A stretch of DNA of 54,120 bases, filler included, from Sphacelaria rigidula (GCA_964200075.2; 3 parts of 3 records of this genome joined end to end with filler, not necessarily neighbours in it), one strand, 5' to 3'. Counted from the first letter of the whole stretch, positions 1-11,721 are shown. Numbers and translations are program-made. Notes: generated by a model not told the origin, from the sequence alone.

Positions 1-154
1 GAAGACAGCTTAGAGGTTCGGTTAGATCGGTTCAAAGCGGAGGGAGTGCAGGCGTGGCGGCGCCAGGGTCGGTTGCCTCTGGGTGATCAACAAAAAACCA
101 ACGTTCATGTACACGAGGCAAACATGGACATTACCGGCAGGGTTGGGCACTCAC

Positions 155-2990
155 GTTAAGTCGACACTTGTGTATGAGGATGTTGGGGCGGGAGTGGTGC
201 CGTCCGCCTCTGCCTCACATTCCTCCGTGATCGGGTCAAGACCCTGTGCAGTTGCCACGCAGCACGGGCATTCCGGCCAGTCCGCACTACTGCCTGCACG
301 CACGACCAGGAGCATAGCGACGAGAGGAAAATGGGCGCAACATGAACGCACGGAGACGTGGAGCTTCGAAATTTCGAATCGGACCGACCAGCGTACCTAC
401 CAGTTCATGAAACGAGTCAAGTCGAAGCCGAACCGGCACATGCACCGTTTACAAAAGCTGACGCTCTGCTGACGAAACAAAAATAAGAACGTCGGCATCA
501 TACACACGGTCGAGGATACCACCATAACTCACCCCCATTCTCAGCCTCATACGAGTCCTTGTCCGTGTAGCACTTCCGGCAATCCAAGTCCTCCGTCAAA
601 TTGCACCCGATCAGCTCATCGCCCCCGTCACAATCCGGATCGTAATAAGCGCCCAGGTGATCGCTTTCTTGGATGATCGAAATACAAGTCTCCGTGCAGA
701 TCTCGTCATCGGTAAGGGGGGCTGCTGTTGGTGCAGGTGTGTCCAGCAAGACAGTGGGCGCAGGCGTACTCGCGACCACGGGCGCCACCGAAGGTGCAGG
801 TGCTGGCGCGGAAGTGACCTCCGTAGGGCCAGTGCTCGGCGCCACAGACGCGAGCACTGGGGCGGCGGTAACCCCTGAAAGCGTAGCATCGGACGGCGCG
901 GTGACAATCGGAGCCAAAGTGGGGGTGCGTATAACCGTTGGGAGGGTTGTTTCGGGGATCACCGTGTCTGGCGTGGGATCAACTTCGGGCGCGGGGGACG
1001 CAATCGGCGGTGGGGTTGATATAGGAATCGGGGACGAGAGCGGAACCGACGTAGCGGCGGCGACGGCGGCAGAGGGGGGGACTGAGGACGAAGACGATGT
1101 TGCAGTTGATGATTGCACTGGTGATGTTGAAGTGGCCACAGCAGCAACACTCGGCGGGCTAGTTGTCGTGCTTGTTTCTTCGTCTACTATCAATGCTGTC
1201 GGTATTGACGTTGTTGGCACCTCACGCCCAACGGGCGATGTTGTGAATTCGATGATAGCAGGCGTAGGCTCGGGCGTGGGGACATCAGGTTCAACATTGG
1301 TGGGCGTCACCGTTGCCGGCGCCGTCGGACTTACAGTCGGCGGCGCCGGCGTGGGCACCGGTCCTGGGGTAATTTCGGTGATGAAAACACGCGTAGGCGA
1401 AGGGGTGGGTTCGGACTCAACATCGCTAACAGGTTGTGCGGTGGGTTCGGAGGTCGGTTCCGAGGTTGGTTCTGCAGATGGTTCCGATGTTGATTCTGCA
1501 GACGGTTCTGGCGTTGGTTCTGCAGATGGTTCTGGTGTTGATTCTGCAGACGGTTCTGGTGTTGATTCTGCAGACGGTTCTGGTGTTGGTTCTGCAGACG
1601 GTTGTGATGTTGGTTCCGACGTCGGCGTTGGCGTCGGTTCTGCAGTTTCACAAGATTTCCAGTACATGCGATAACACAAGGGTGACCGTCATCGAAATAG
1701 TGAAATAGTAGCGTGATATTACGGAACAAATGCACCCAGACCCCGGGCCTCTTGAAGCAGGGGAAACAAGAGGCGAGCACGCATATACTGGCAAGAGACA
1801 ACACAGATGAGGGTAGGTCAGAGTGAGTTGGGGGGCATGTGGGGGTGTACTCACGATCATGCATGGCATAGTCATAAGACCATTGACCTCGCGGGGCATG
1901 GGGGGGGGGGGGGTCATCATATCTGCGCACAAGAAACGTACCAACAACCGCCGGGGTGGTATCAGGGTCNNNNNNNNNNGGGGGGGGGGTGGGGGTGTAC
2001 TCACGATCATGCATGGCATAGTCATAAGACCATTGACCTCGCGGGGCAGGGGGGGGGGGGTTCATCATATCTACGCACAAGCAACGTACCCACACTCGGC
2101 GCGGGTGTATCCGGCTCCACTGGCGAGCTTGTCTCAGAGACTGTAGGAACGACGGGTTGGGAAGTGGGTGGAGACGCAGGAGTGACGGATACTACGGTGT
2201 TCGTGGGGTTTGGGGTGGGGGTGGTAATCTCTACGGGAACAGGGGTGGGTTCTACCGTGCTCTCGCGAGGCGTACCGACTGGCGCTCCCGTGCTTGGCTC
2301 CGGCGTCGTCGGTTGACGTGTGGGTGGGGCCACGGGGGCGGGGGTGGAGTTAACAGATGGGGAATCTGTCGGTGGGGCTATAGGGGCATCCGTTACGGCA
2401 ACCGGCTCAGAGGTGGGTGTCTCAGGAGCAGGTGTAGGCTCGGGCGTACCGATTGCAACGGGAGCATCTGTTGGGGGTTGAGGCTCCGGGGTGGGCTCAA
2501 CAGTAAGCTCCACGGTTGGCTCAGGAGTGGGTTCTGGGGTGGGTTGTGGAGTGGGCTCCGGGGTTGGCTCCACGGGCGCTGAAGTTTCCTGGACAGGTGC
2601 GGTAGTCGGTGGCGATATAGGAGCTGTGGTTTCCTCGACTGTCGGTTTTGCCGTGGGTAGCGCCACCGGCGCTGGCGTTTCCACGACGGGTGCCGGCGTC
2701 GGTGGCGATATGGGAGCGGGGGTTTCCGTGTCGACCGGCGCTTCAGTGGCAGCCAAAGTGGGGTCTGCAACCGTTTCAGTTACAGCTGGCGTGGGGTCCG
2801 CGGCAGTTTCTGCGGTCGGCTCGAGCGTCTCGAGAGCTGCAGGGGTGCTAGTATCTGCATCCACGGTCGAAAAGAAAGGGGCAGGAGTTGTGCTTGAGTC
2901 GTTGCTCTGGAGACCTCTGGAGGCCATCCGATCACGCTCCTCACCCACCAACACGTCTACGCCAGCGGCGCTCCTGTCGCCGTGCTCCAC
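155..2990 (-). CDS. Pro/Thr/Glu-rich mucin-like extracellular protein with a Cys-rich module (multi-exon, partial; continues beyond the left window edge)
   Basis: Exons 2090-2990, 533-1639 and 155-293 have canonical AG/GT sites and consistent phases (cggcag|GTG; GTGG|gtacgt; ctgcag|AA; GGG G|gtgagt; gtgcag|GC; AC|gtgagt). An extra exon 3' fragment lies at 1942-1969 next to an N-gap. Translation gives long TPAP/EPT repeats, then CTETC..YYDPDC..GC..CRKCY..WPECPCCV. Confidence 0.85.
1460..1645 (-). repeat. Coding 24-nt minisatellite (PSAE[P/S]TPE octapeptide)
   Basis: CTGCAG recurs at 1472, 1496, 1520, 1544, 1568, 1592 (period 24) and at 1640 (+48). Confidence 0.9.
1841..2042 (+). repeat. Two copies of the high-copy GGGGGTGTACTCA(C/T)GATCATGCATG..GACCATTGACCTCGC element within a duplicated intron segment
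   Basis: Near-identical units at ~1841-1892 and ~1989-2042. The same motif occurs at ~6956-7001, 18080-18096, 35551-35595, 35709-35800, 36031-36050, 36151-36220 and 54057-54120. Confidence 0.85.
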
Positions 2991-4794
2991 CTGCCGGTCG
3001 TGGGGGTGTTGGGGAACAAGGTCCAGGCCCATCGAGGACAAGGCAAGGTCGGAAAGGCGCGCGACAAACCAGAGTGGACGGACGGTGGATACGAGAGGAC
3101 GAACAGGTGTCACTCAGAACAGTCCTCTCGTCTTGAGGCAGGCAGCAAGACAACTAGTCTAGTCTTGGTTATTGACAACGGGGGTGGGGACTTTCTATTT
3201 CTAGTGCAACTAGCGGTTTTTCTTCAGTCTCCAAAAACCGCAAAACTCCCAAAAATAGCCCCAAGGCGAGCAGCACAGCGTACCACCGCCGAGCCCATGC
3301 ACGCCCTCTACCCTCGCGAGATAAACCTCTCATGTCTTTTGAATTCTCCTCGAGAGGGCGAGCCTACTTGAGCAACGCTGCTGCAGGCCCTTCGTGCAGG
3401 TCCAGGCCGCGAGTAGAGTCCACCGATTTCCGTCCCCACAACTCTCCTCCGGATCAGCGTATAAAAATGCGCACACCTTCCTCTCAGCGAACTCTCGCTT
3501 AGACCACTGTAAAAGTCTGCAATGAAACAGCCCATGTTGAATATATACATCCATGCCCATCCACGGCAAAATAGTGGTAACGCCAACTGCGACTGGTTCC
3601 CACATTACTTCAAATAAGCAATACTGCTCACCGAGTACGAGAAAGAAGCGCCGTTCGGCCCCGTGCACCGCCGCTGCCCTGCGCTCACCAATTCCTCCGC
3701 CCGTCCCACCTGCATCCGAGAAGCCACGCCCAAGACGAGTTGATGCGTCATGACAAATGTTTCCAGGAAAGCGTTTGCATTCGTGCACAAAAGGTGCGGA
3801 AAAGATGCTCGCGCAAACGCGACAGAATGATCGATGCATTATGGACAATGAAATAAAACGACACACTCGATTGATGTGTTCCGAACGGATCATCACACTG
3901 TGTCAAACGGGGTGTTGTTCCGTTCATTGCTGTACGCATATCACCTGTGCGTTATATCCGGTTGCGCTGTGCATGCGCAACGTTCACAATATCAGGACGG
4001 TTCCGCCATAACTTTCCAGATTGACGATACTCGGCGATCGGTGCATCACACTTACCGGGAAACAATGATGAAAGAGAACACCACATAGTCAACCGAAAGT
4101 CCACTCAGAACTAGTCCAACGGTTAAACTCCATTTCTTCTTTGTCTACCGAGTCCTACACGATCCATCCTGGCTCGTACGAGCCGCAAAAATCCACGCTT
4201 GATCAACCCAACGGACAGACAACGGTACACATCGCTCAGATACGTGTTCTTGCCCACCTCGCACGACGCCAGAGTTCGCAGGGATGACGCGTACAGCGTC
4301 AATACTATCGGGTCCCTGACGTCGACACCGCCTGTAGAAGCAGCAAGAAAAGGTCCACGTGCCACGACCGGGGCGGAATCAGAAAAAGATGCACGCCAAA
4401 ATACATTAGATACAACCAAAATCAAGCACAAGCCGGTTCACGCTCCATCACCCAAAATCCATTCATCCGCAAATGTCCACCACGACTCTTGAAAGTCAAG
4501 ATTATGAAAAAATTGCAGACGTATACTGAGGGAGACTCCGAAACTTTTTTTGCCGTCAGCCATCGGGGATCCCACAAGCCTGGGGAGTCACATGCCCTTG
4601 TGGGTAAGCCCTGTACTGCAATCGAGTGTTTCACCACCAAAGCAATGTTGTAACGTCATGTTGACACTTTCATCTCCAGTATCGTTTCGGGACAGTTTTA
4701 CCAACTGACAAGGGTTACGGCTTCAGTGACTTTGAAGAGAGGGGGACCTGCCGATCGTCGGTGGATGCTCGCCTCACCAAACATGCGTTATTTA

Positions 4795-5090
4795 CTATTA
4801 TTATTTCCGCACATTAGTCCATCTCGCGAACCCGTGGTCACAAACATAGGCTCGCCTTTCCAATACCGTCCCTGCTTCTCCTCACCAAACACATTACTAA
4901 AATAAAGAAAAAATAAGAATGCGTATTCCCACGAAATTATCGCGTCTGGCGACAGGCCTGGATAGGGGTGAGGTGACCGTTTTGAATAGTGTGAGACCGG
5001 ATTTTTAAAAGGGGGGTTATCCCCAGCTCCTTGCACTGTGACCACGGGTTCGAGAAATCGAGCTAATGTGATGGATAAAATAATAATAAT
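4795..5090. mobile_element. MITE-like element with ~50-bp imperfect terminal inverted repeats
   Basis: ATTATTATT..CACATTAG..CGAACCCGTGGTCACA (4795-4842) is mirrored by TGTGACCACGGGTTCG..CTAATGTG..AATAATAAT (5037-5090). Confidence 0.65.
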
Positions 5091-6220
5091 GCCCATTCAG
5101 AGAACCCTCTGGCGGGAAAACGGTATCACTCCCACAAAAAAGTGGGACCAAGATTCCTCCTCCCAAGGGGATTTTGTGTACACCCCAGACGGGGACAAGT
5201 ATTTCCCACTGCCAGGGACACATGTCAAGGCTCGCCGCACAACCAAACGTTCAGTGGACCTGGGGACCGCACTGCCTCCGCACACCAAAAACACACAGCT
5301 TGAGCCGTAGCTGCTCCTCAGCTGAGAACAATGCGCATGACCTTGCTTGAATCTGTTGAGATTCAATGAGAAACGATAATCTGTGTGAGACGCGCGCACA
5401 GCGCACGCACAGACGGTCAGCAACACCACGCTTCAGATTGCAGTCTGACACGCACGCCGTCGCCTTTACTCCAATCTAGAACGGCAAGCAAATACTGCGG
5501 TGTGTATATCACCAAGGGTTAGCGCTGGGGCTAATGCGCGTGAGTCATGTGTGTCTGCATGTTTCGGGGCTCGGCGTGGAGATGCGTTGTATTGCCTTGT
5601 TGTCCTTGTCCTTGCCTGTACGCAGAGATATTACACCAACGACCGCTCCCAAAATCTCTACATTTTATAACCTGCGTGCAGATCTGGGCTTCGATGTGGA
5701 TCAACAATAAAAGGACACTCATCGGTAATACTCGAGCTGGTTGTGGTGGAGGCAACCCCTTCTCCAACTTTTTTCAGCGCAACAATCTCCTTCGATGAGA
5801 ATCCGCCTGATTATTGGAATAATCCACGAGTTTCCGCACAAGTCACCCAACATCATCCACCTGAAGGTGAAGCTGTGAGTCACCATCGATCATGAACCAT
5901 AGACACAAAAAAACAGGGTGTTTCTGAATCTCTGTACGACCTTCGTCACCTACGTACCTCCTCTAGATTCTGAGAGTTCCGCACTATGGTGTGCGCGGAG
6001 GAAACAAGGGGACTGCACTACTACTACACAGCTAATGTGAGAAAATCAATATCAAAATATATTAAAATACTCCTACTGTCGGTACTGTTGTAGTTAGCCG
6101 GTCATGGAAATTCCGACCGTACGGTGCAGTGTACAGCAGCAGCACGGTACCAGAGTACAGGTGAGATGATGTGACATACGACGTGACATAAGAACATGCA
6201 GCAGGTGCGCTACCAACGAC

Positions 6221-6771
6221 TTGACCCTTGAACGACGATAGTAGGTTATCTGTTGAATCGGCATCAACTTCACTTGAAGAAGGTGTGCGTGGTCAAGATA
6301 ACTTAACCTCGCAGTCTAGGGGTTACAAGTACGACGACTGCTGAAGCAAAGCGGAGAGTATGTCGTTTCGAGTGTACGAGTAACATGTGACCACGGGGTC
6401 ACCTAACCAGACCGCGAGAGTAGTCAACCTGGATCATGCATACTTTTTCCAAGTAAAATTGATGCCGATTCAACAGGTGACCTACTCTCGCGGTATAAGG
6501 GTTAACCCTCAGACCGCGAGGGTGTTCTATCTGGATCATGAATACTTTTTCAAGTGAAATTGACCCTTAGACAACGAGAGTAGCTCATCTGTTGAATCGG
6601 CACCAATTTAACGTGAAAAAAGTATGCATGATCCAGATAGACTACCCTTGCGGTCTAAGGGTTAACCCTTGGACCGCAGTGCGGGTAGTCGATCTGGATC
6701 ACGCATACTTTTTTCGAGTGAAATTGATGCCGATTCAACAGGTGGAGCTATCCTCGAGGTCAAAGAGTTGA
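6221..6771. mobile_element. Cluster of ~98-bp piggyBac-type MITEs (TTAA-CCCT...AGGG-TTAA)
   Basis: Copies at 6225-6322, ~6407-6501, 6506-6563 (interrupted), 6564-6661 and 6666-6767. TIR ~CCCTTAGACCGCGAGGGTAG; shared TTAA at 6502-6505 and 6662-6665; common core TTTTTCAAGTGAAATTGATGCCGATTCAACAG. Confidence 0.8.
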
Positions 6772-8829
6772 CCCTTTTGGAACCCTTCCACGATTTTTGT
6801 TCGTGTGAATCAGAATCATTTTGACTGAACGTAAAGAAATAATGCCGATTCAAAAAAAAACGTCAACGGGTTCAACCCTTGGACAGCAAGCGTCGCTTCA
6901 GAACATTTCAATAGGCTGACAGTCCTGAGACATCTGGGAGTTCAGAGTGCTCGAAGGGAATACTCATGATCATGCATGCCATCGTCATTAGTACACCCCC
7001 CGAGCACTGGAAACCCCCCAGTGCTCGGGGGGGGGGGAGTTTTTGACGGGGGGGGTGTCGGTGCACCCATGGGGGTTTAGATGTTTCCCACGGAAAATTA
7101 AAATTATGAGCCGTGCACGAGGCCCGAGAGTCGCGGGATGCCCATTTTGACCAATCACGGTCGTCAAAATGAGAACTCTTGTTCCGGTTCGGGTGGACTT
7201 AATCGAACTCCTTCGTCATCTACCCCTACGCCTCCATTGGTCACGGGGAATCAATTATAGATTACGTGGCACAAATAATTTGTATTCTGCTCGTCGTCTA
7301 CGGCGCCTGCCTGAACTCTCATGTGCTGCCAGCATAGCTTCACACTGTCTATTGTTGTTGTCGGACACGAGGCAGAGGCACCAGCAGCATGCAGTAAACT
7401 GTGTTCAGTCGAGAGCGATGGCACACTTTCACTGTCTCTTGCCGTTGTATCCAGTGAAGACATACAGCACACAACACACCGACTCTGCACGCAATTGACT
7501 GCAGGGTCAAAACTAGTGAGGGGTTCTCCGGGACTAATTTCTATATGGATGACAAATATCCATATGTTCATGAAAAAGGCATTTTGTGTAGCGAGAAAAG
7601 AGCAGCTCTGGACCTCAAATGGGGCATAGTTTATTCAACTCAGTTTGTCAAAGGGTTTAAGAGCGACAGTCAATGAATCAATCAGTTTCACAGACGTGAT
7701 GGTGGCCAGCGCACACCACGTAGCGTATCTACGCATGACAGCATGTACCAGCCTACTAAATACCGTGCATTGCACCCACTTGACTTCGCGAGAAAAACGG
7801 TTGGGTACCTATCAACCTATGCCCACGAACTAAGCATACAGCTGTGTAGCTAGCTAAGTAGATGTGTTGTACAACTAGAAAAACAACAGATCCCGATGCC
7901 AAATATCACCATTAGCGATACCGGGCGATATTGGACGATCTGAGATAAGGGGGGGTGAGAGTCCTAAACCCCTCGACGCCCGGTCAGGCAGCCTGATGAA
8001 TCGGCATCATGAATCGCCAGTTCGGCATATAACCTACCCCCCGAGGTGAACGGTTCACCATAATTACCGCGCCACCAGGAATAGTTCAGTCACTTTGTCG
8101 TCCCGCTCTTGATACACGTTTCTCCAGACGTCCACGCTCTATTTTTTCCTTGTTATCGCTTTCGCCATGCTTCATCTTCCCAAGTGATCAAGAATAGATA
8201 TGTGTGCTTTTGCTTGTGTGAGTATTGGGTTATTCAAAAATTGACAACCTCAGGTATGAAACGTTGGAATCCGCATCCGTGGACGCCGATGCTCATCGCT
8301 GTGACAAGTACAACTCAACATTGCAGTACCGCTTCACATACACAAACGAAATGAGGATGAAGGTGTGGCGATATCTGGGGAGAACTGAATGTCACAGATT
8401 ATCTAGATAAGGTAGAGGTTTTGACGTGGAATGTAACGACGAATTGTCACAACAGGATACTGAGGTTGATGATGAAGGAGGCATGCGTCGGGTGGCGTGA
8501 TGGGAGAGCACGTGGCGTAGAGTACACGGGGAGCCGTCGGGCCGAAAGGATGTACGGTAGAGCAGCAACGCGGTACCATCGACACAAGCAAGAGGCTGGC
8601 TTTTCGCTCCTTCTGCGCATGTTTTACCATTCACCCAACCCCTCTTGTGGTGCCAAGAGCAACGAATCATTCTACCGAGGCACGAAGCTTATAAGGAAAC
8701 ATCATGATAGTGCACCAAGGGCAGTTGATAGCAGAGGCGATGCAATGCACTTCAGTTTCGCTTTCAGGTGCTGATGCAAAGAGTCCGCGTGCAACAGCAG
8801 CAGCGCTATACCGGAGAGGCCGGTTGAAA

Positions 8830-10086
8830 TGATATAACATCTCACATCAAGTGCCACATCAAACACATCGCAGGGGGTGTGCTTCAGCAGCGCCTTCAAA
8901 ATGTTAACACCACCGAAACAAGGCAGCTGAGTCTGTCGCTTGCATGCATCGCAGCACTGGTCGCACCCAGCGCGCTTTCGTGCTTGCACATGAAAGCATT
9001 CACCGCCTATATTTACTCAGTAAATTCAAGAAAAACACCCCCACAGCTTGGCCAGAAAGAAACGGCCAGAGTTTCTCACGAGGGTCGCGTATGGCTCTTT
9101 CTTATCTTCGACATCACAATAATCATTATTTCAGCACAAGTGCCGTTTACTGAGGTGTGCCGACGAAAAGAGGTACGTGATGAAAAACAGGATGCGACGG
9201 TAAGGCCGGCGATTCCGATTCCACGTACAGCTGTAGCAACCCGAGGGATGAATGTCCAATATGGGGGACTAATGCTAGCCGCGGAGTTAGCTATCGATAC
9301 TCAGGAATCGCTCACCACGACAGCAGGATGATCACACTCGCTGTCAGAACTGGCGGTGGTGAAAGGAGGGGACCTACAGCTCTGGGTGTATATCTATGGT
9401 TGATGTTTTCGAACAAACTAACGATAACACCAACACTGACCCCGACCCACCGACAAGGCGTGCGAGACCCTCGGGAAAGGGGTGTACGGGTTTCCCTACG
9501 CAACGTGTGCGTTGGTAGACCTCAAATCGACACCGCAGGCGCCGATTTCGACAAAAACACCTTTTGAACCATCTGGGTCCACTGCTCACTTGCCCTGACC
9601 TATAAAATTTCCCAGAGCTGTTTCCGTTTTAAACTCAAGTAGTCATGCTGTCAACCATGAATATACGCCCAAAGCTGTAGGTCTACTGAGTAAAAGACAC
9701 CGCTTCGGTGCTGAGGAGGTTGTTCACGCCCGTTGTCCGTGGTCTACTGGTATCCCGCTGAGGGGTACGCTGCCATCACTGCGCCCTTGCAAAAACAACT
9801 ACTTCGACCCGAACTAGACAGGACAGACCACGGTAAGACCACAGATAGACAACGACTAACAAAAAAAAACTTGTATTTAATTGGAATTAGATCATGAAAA
9901 GTGGCAACACGTTGGTCGATTGAGATGAGGAAATTGACTATGACGAGTGCCAACACGTTCATTGATCGATATGATGTCACGTGCAGTGCAACATCCACAA
10001 CACCCCAGGATCTGGCGCCTTAAAAAGGCCTACACCACCAAAACAAGGCAGCAGAGTGTGTTGCTTGCATGTCTCGCAGCACTGGC
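8830..10086 (+). repeat. Diverged ~125-bp direct repeat pair (~8830-8960 and ~9960-10086)
   Basis: Shared GTG(C)CACATC..GCGCCTT.AAAA..ACACCACC.AAACAAGGCAGC.GAGT.TGT.GCTTGCATG..TCGCAGCACTGG. Confidence 0.75.
9371..9683. mobile_element. MITE-like element with 33-bp TIRs
   Basis: GACCTACAGCTCTGGGTGTATATCTATGGTTGA (9371-9403) versus the reverse complement of 9651-9683, GACCTACAGCTTTGGGCGTATATTCATGGTTGA. Confidence 0.75.
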
Positions 10087-10660
10087 AATGATCCAGTAGT
10101 GTCACTAATTTTCGACCTCAGTGTACATGGCCACGATAAAATATATATTTGTACGAATACATTGCTGCCCTATGATAGCTTCCACACGAACGCTCAACAT
10201 TCACAGGTTCATAAATGATTTCGAGTTTTGCCCATTCGAAAAACAGTAAACCGAGGCAAAGATAAAGAGGATGGGCGACGTAGAGCTAGCTACCTAGGAT
10301 GAAGAGGAGAGGGGGGGGTACTGAATGTGAAACGGTTACACTCGAACATTGAATCTTCAAGCGCCTTATACCTGGGTGTTTGTTAATAGAATATTGTTGT
10401 AGTGTTGCATATCGAACCGCAAGTTTCGATGTACCGTACCGAAATATCGAATCGAATATCGTACCGAAATATCTTCGATAGTTCGATATCATGGAGGATA
10501 ATTTACCATCACAGTTATGGACTGGGTATTAGTGCAGTTGAGAGTTTTGAGGATTACTGCCAAGAGTTGTGCAGAAGTGTGTCGTGTTCGCATCAATCAA
10601 CATCTTTGCCGACGTGCCGTTTCTGAGTACATCGTGTCTTCGTTCTTGGGCAGTGTCCCA

Positions 10661-10826
10661 TCACATTGTTTTCGTGTCGAAAACGTGCGGTCGAATCGAA
10701 TTCCCTCGTTTCTGATTCGGCCACGCTCTTTATTTTCTCAAATGGTTGAGAACATGGATGCCGTGGACGTATCAGGTGCGAGCAAATTCGATTCCACCGT
10801 ACGTTTTCGAGTCGAAGACAATTTGA
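10661..10826. mobile_element. MITE-like element with ~42-bp TIRs
   Basis: TCACATTGTTTTCGTGTCGAAAACGTGCGGTCGAATCGAATT versus the reverse complement of the right end, TCAAATTGTCTTCGACTCGAAAACGTACGGTGGAATCGAATT. Confidence 0.7.
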
Positions 10827-10965
10827 TAATGCACGGCCTTAGAGGTACAACAATGTTTTCGTGTATGATCGAGAGTTTCAATATACGCTTTAGCCTGTTC
10901 AAGGCCCATCGACGATTCTTATTTTTGTGAATCGGCATCATTTTCACTCATTTTCAAGTCATACA

Positions 10966-11079
10966 CTTAAACCCTTGGATCGCAGTGTGGGTCGTCCATC
11001 TGGATCGGGAATACTTTTTTCAAGTGAAATTAATACCGGTTCAGCAGATGGCCTACCCTCGCCGTCGAAGGGTCAATTA
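10966..11079 (+). mobile_element. piggyBac-type MITE copy (same family as the 6221-6771 cluster)
   Basis: TTAAACCCTTGGATCGC...TTTTTTCAAGTGAAATT...CCTACCCTCGCCGTCGAAGGGTCAATTAA. Confidence 0.75.
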
Positions 11080-11721
11080 AGCCTCTGGGACCTAGACCAC
11101 CATGACGTCCTCCTTTTGGTTTTTGTGGATAGGCATCATTTTCAAATCAAAATGATGCCGATTGACAAAGATTCACACAACAAAAATCATGTAATTTTAG
11201 CTCCCGACGAGCACCTTGACCAATTTTCCTCTGTGCTGTCCTCTGTAACATTGTCGTGTGCTTTCAGCTACACATCGATATCCTACGGAGGGATATCAAA
11301 GGCTCAAGTGTCAAGCCATGACAGCAAGCGTATCGGGCCTCATATAAGGCCCGAAGGGACATTTCGGAATAGAAACTATGAATTCATCAACTGATCGCTT
11401 CTAACTCCCAATCGAATCCTGGGCTCAGTCTCATCAAACATAGTTGTACGTGGACGCCACAGCATACCATCAAGCATAGTTTCATCTATTTTCCGCACAA
11501 TGGCATGGCACATCGTAGATGCTAAAGCTGTGAGCAGTGAACAAAGCTTACAGCAGGAACTACATACAGCACTTGACGTGAAAATTTTCAACCAAGAATT
11601 GCTTTCATTGTGTTGTGACCATAAGAAAGCAGTGTAATCTGTCATGTGTTTGGTCAAATTCTTCCCACAATGGGTCCACCACCATTTCCAAGTTCAAGTG
11701 GTTTTAACGAGGCCGCGTTTA

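Noticed and set aside
673..1674. 333-aa plus-strand ORF (also 2491-3162 +)
   Set aside because: Antisense shadow of the Pro/Thr-rich minus-strand exons (G/V/S/A-rich mirror); splice signals support the minus strand.
3308..5451. Additional mucin-gene exons (~3370-3517, ~3632-3709, ~4258-4332, ~5250-5320)
   Set aside because: Splice-like sites exist, but the peptides have no recognisable character; not supportable without transcripts.
6221..6771. CRISPR-like or satellite array
   Set aside because: Units are ~98 bp in mixed orientation with TIRs and TTAA junctions; no unique spacers and no cas genes; eukaryotic context.
11376..11657. ORF with KIDETML, faintly like the piggyBac transposase IDESM motif, lying between TTAA MITEs
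   Set aside because: Only a 5-residue resemblance and no other transposase motif; needs a tBLASTn/HMM hit.
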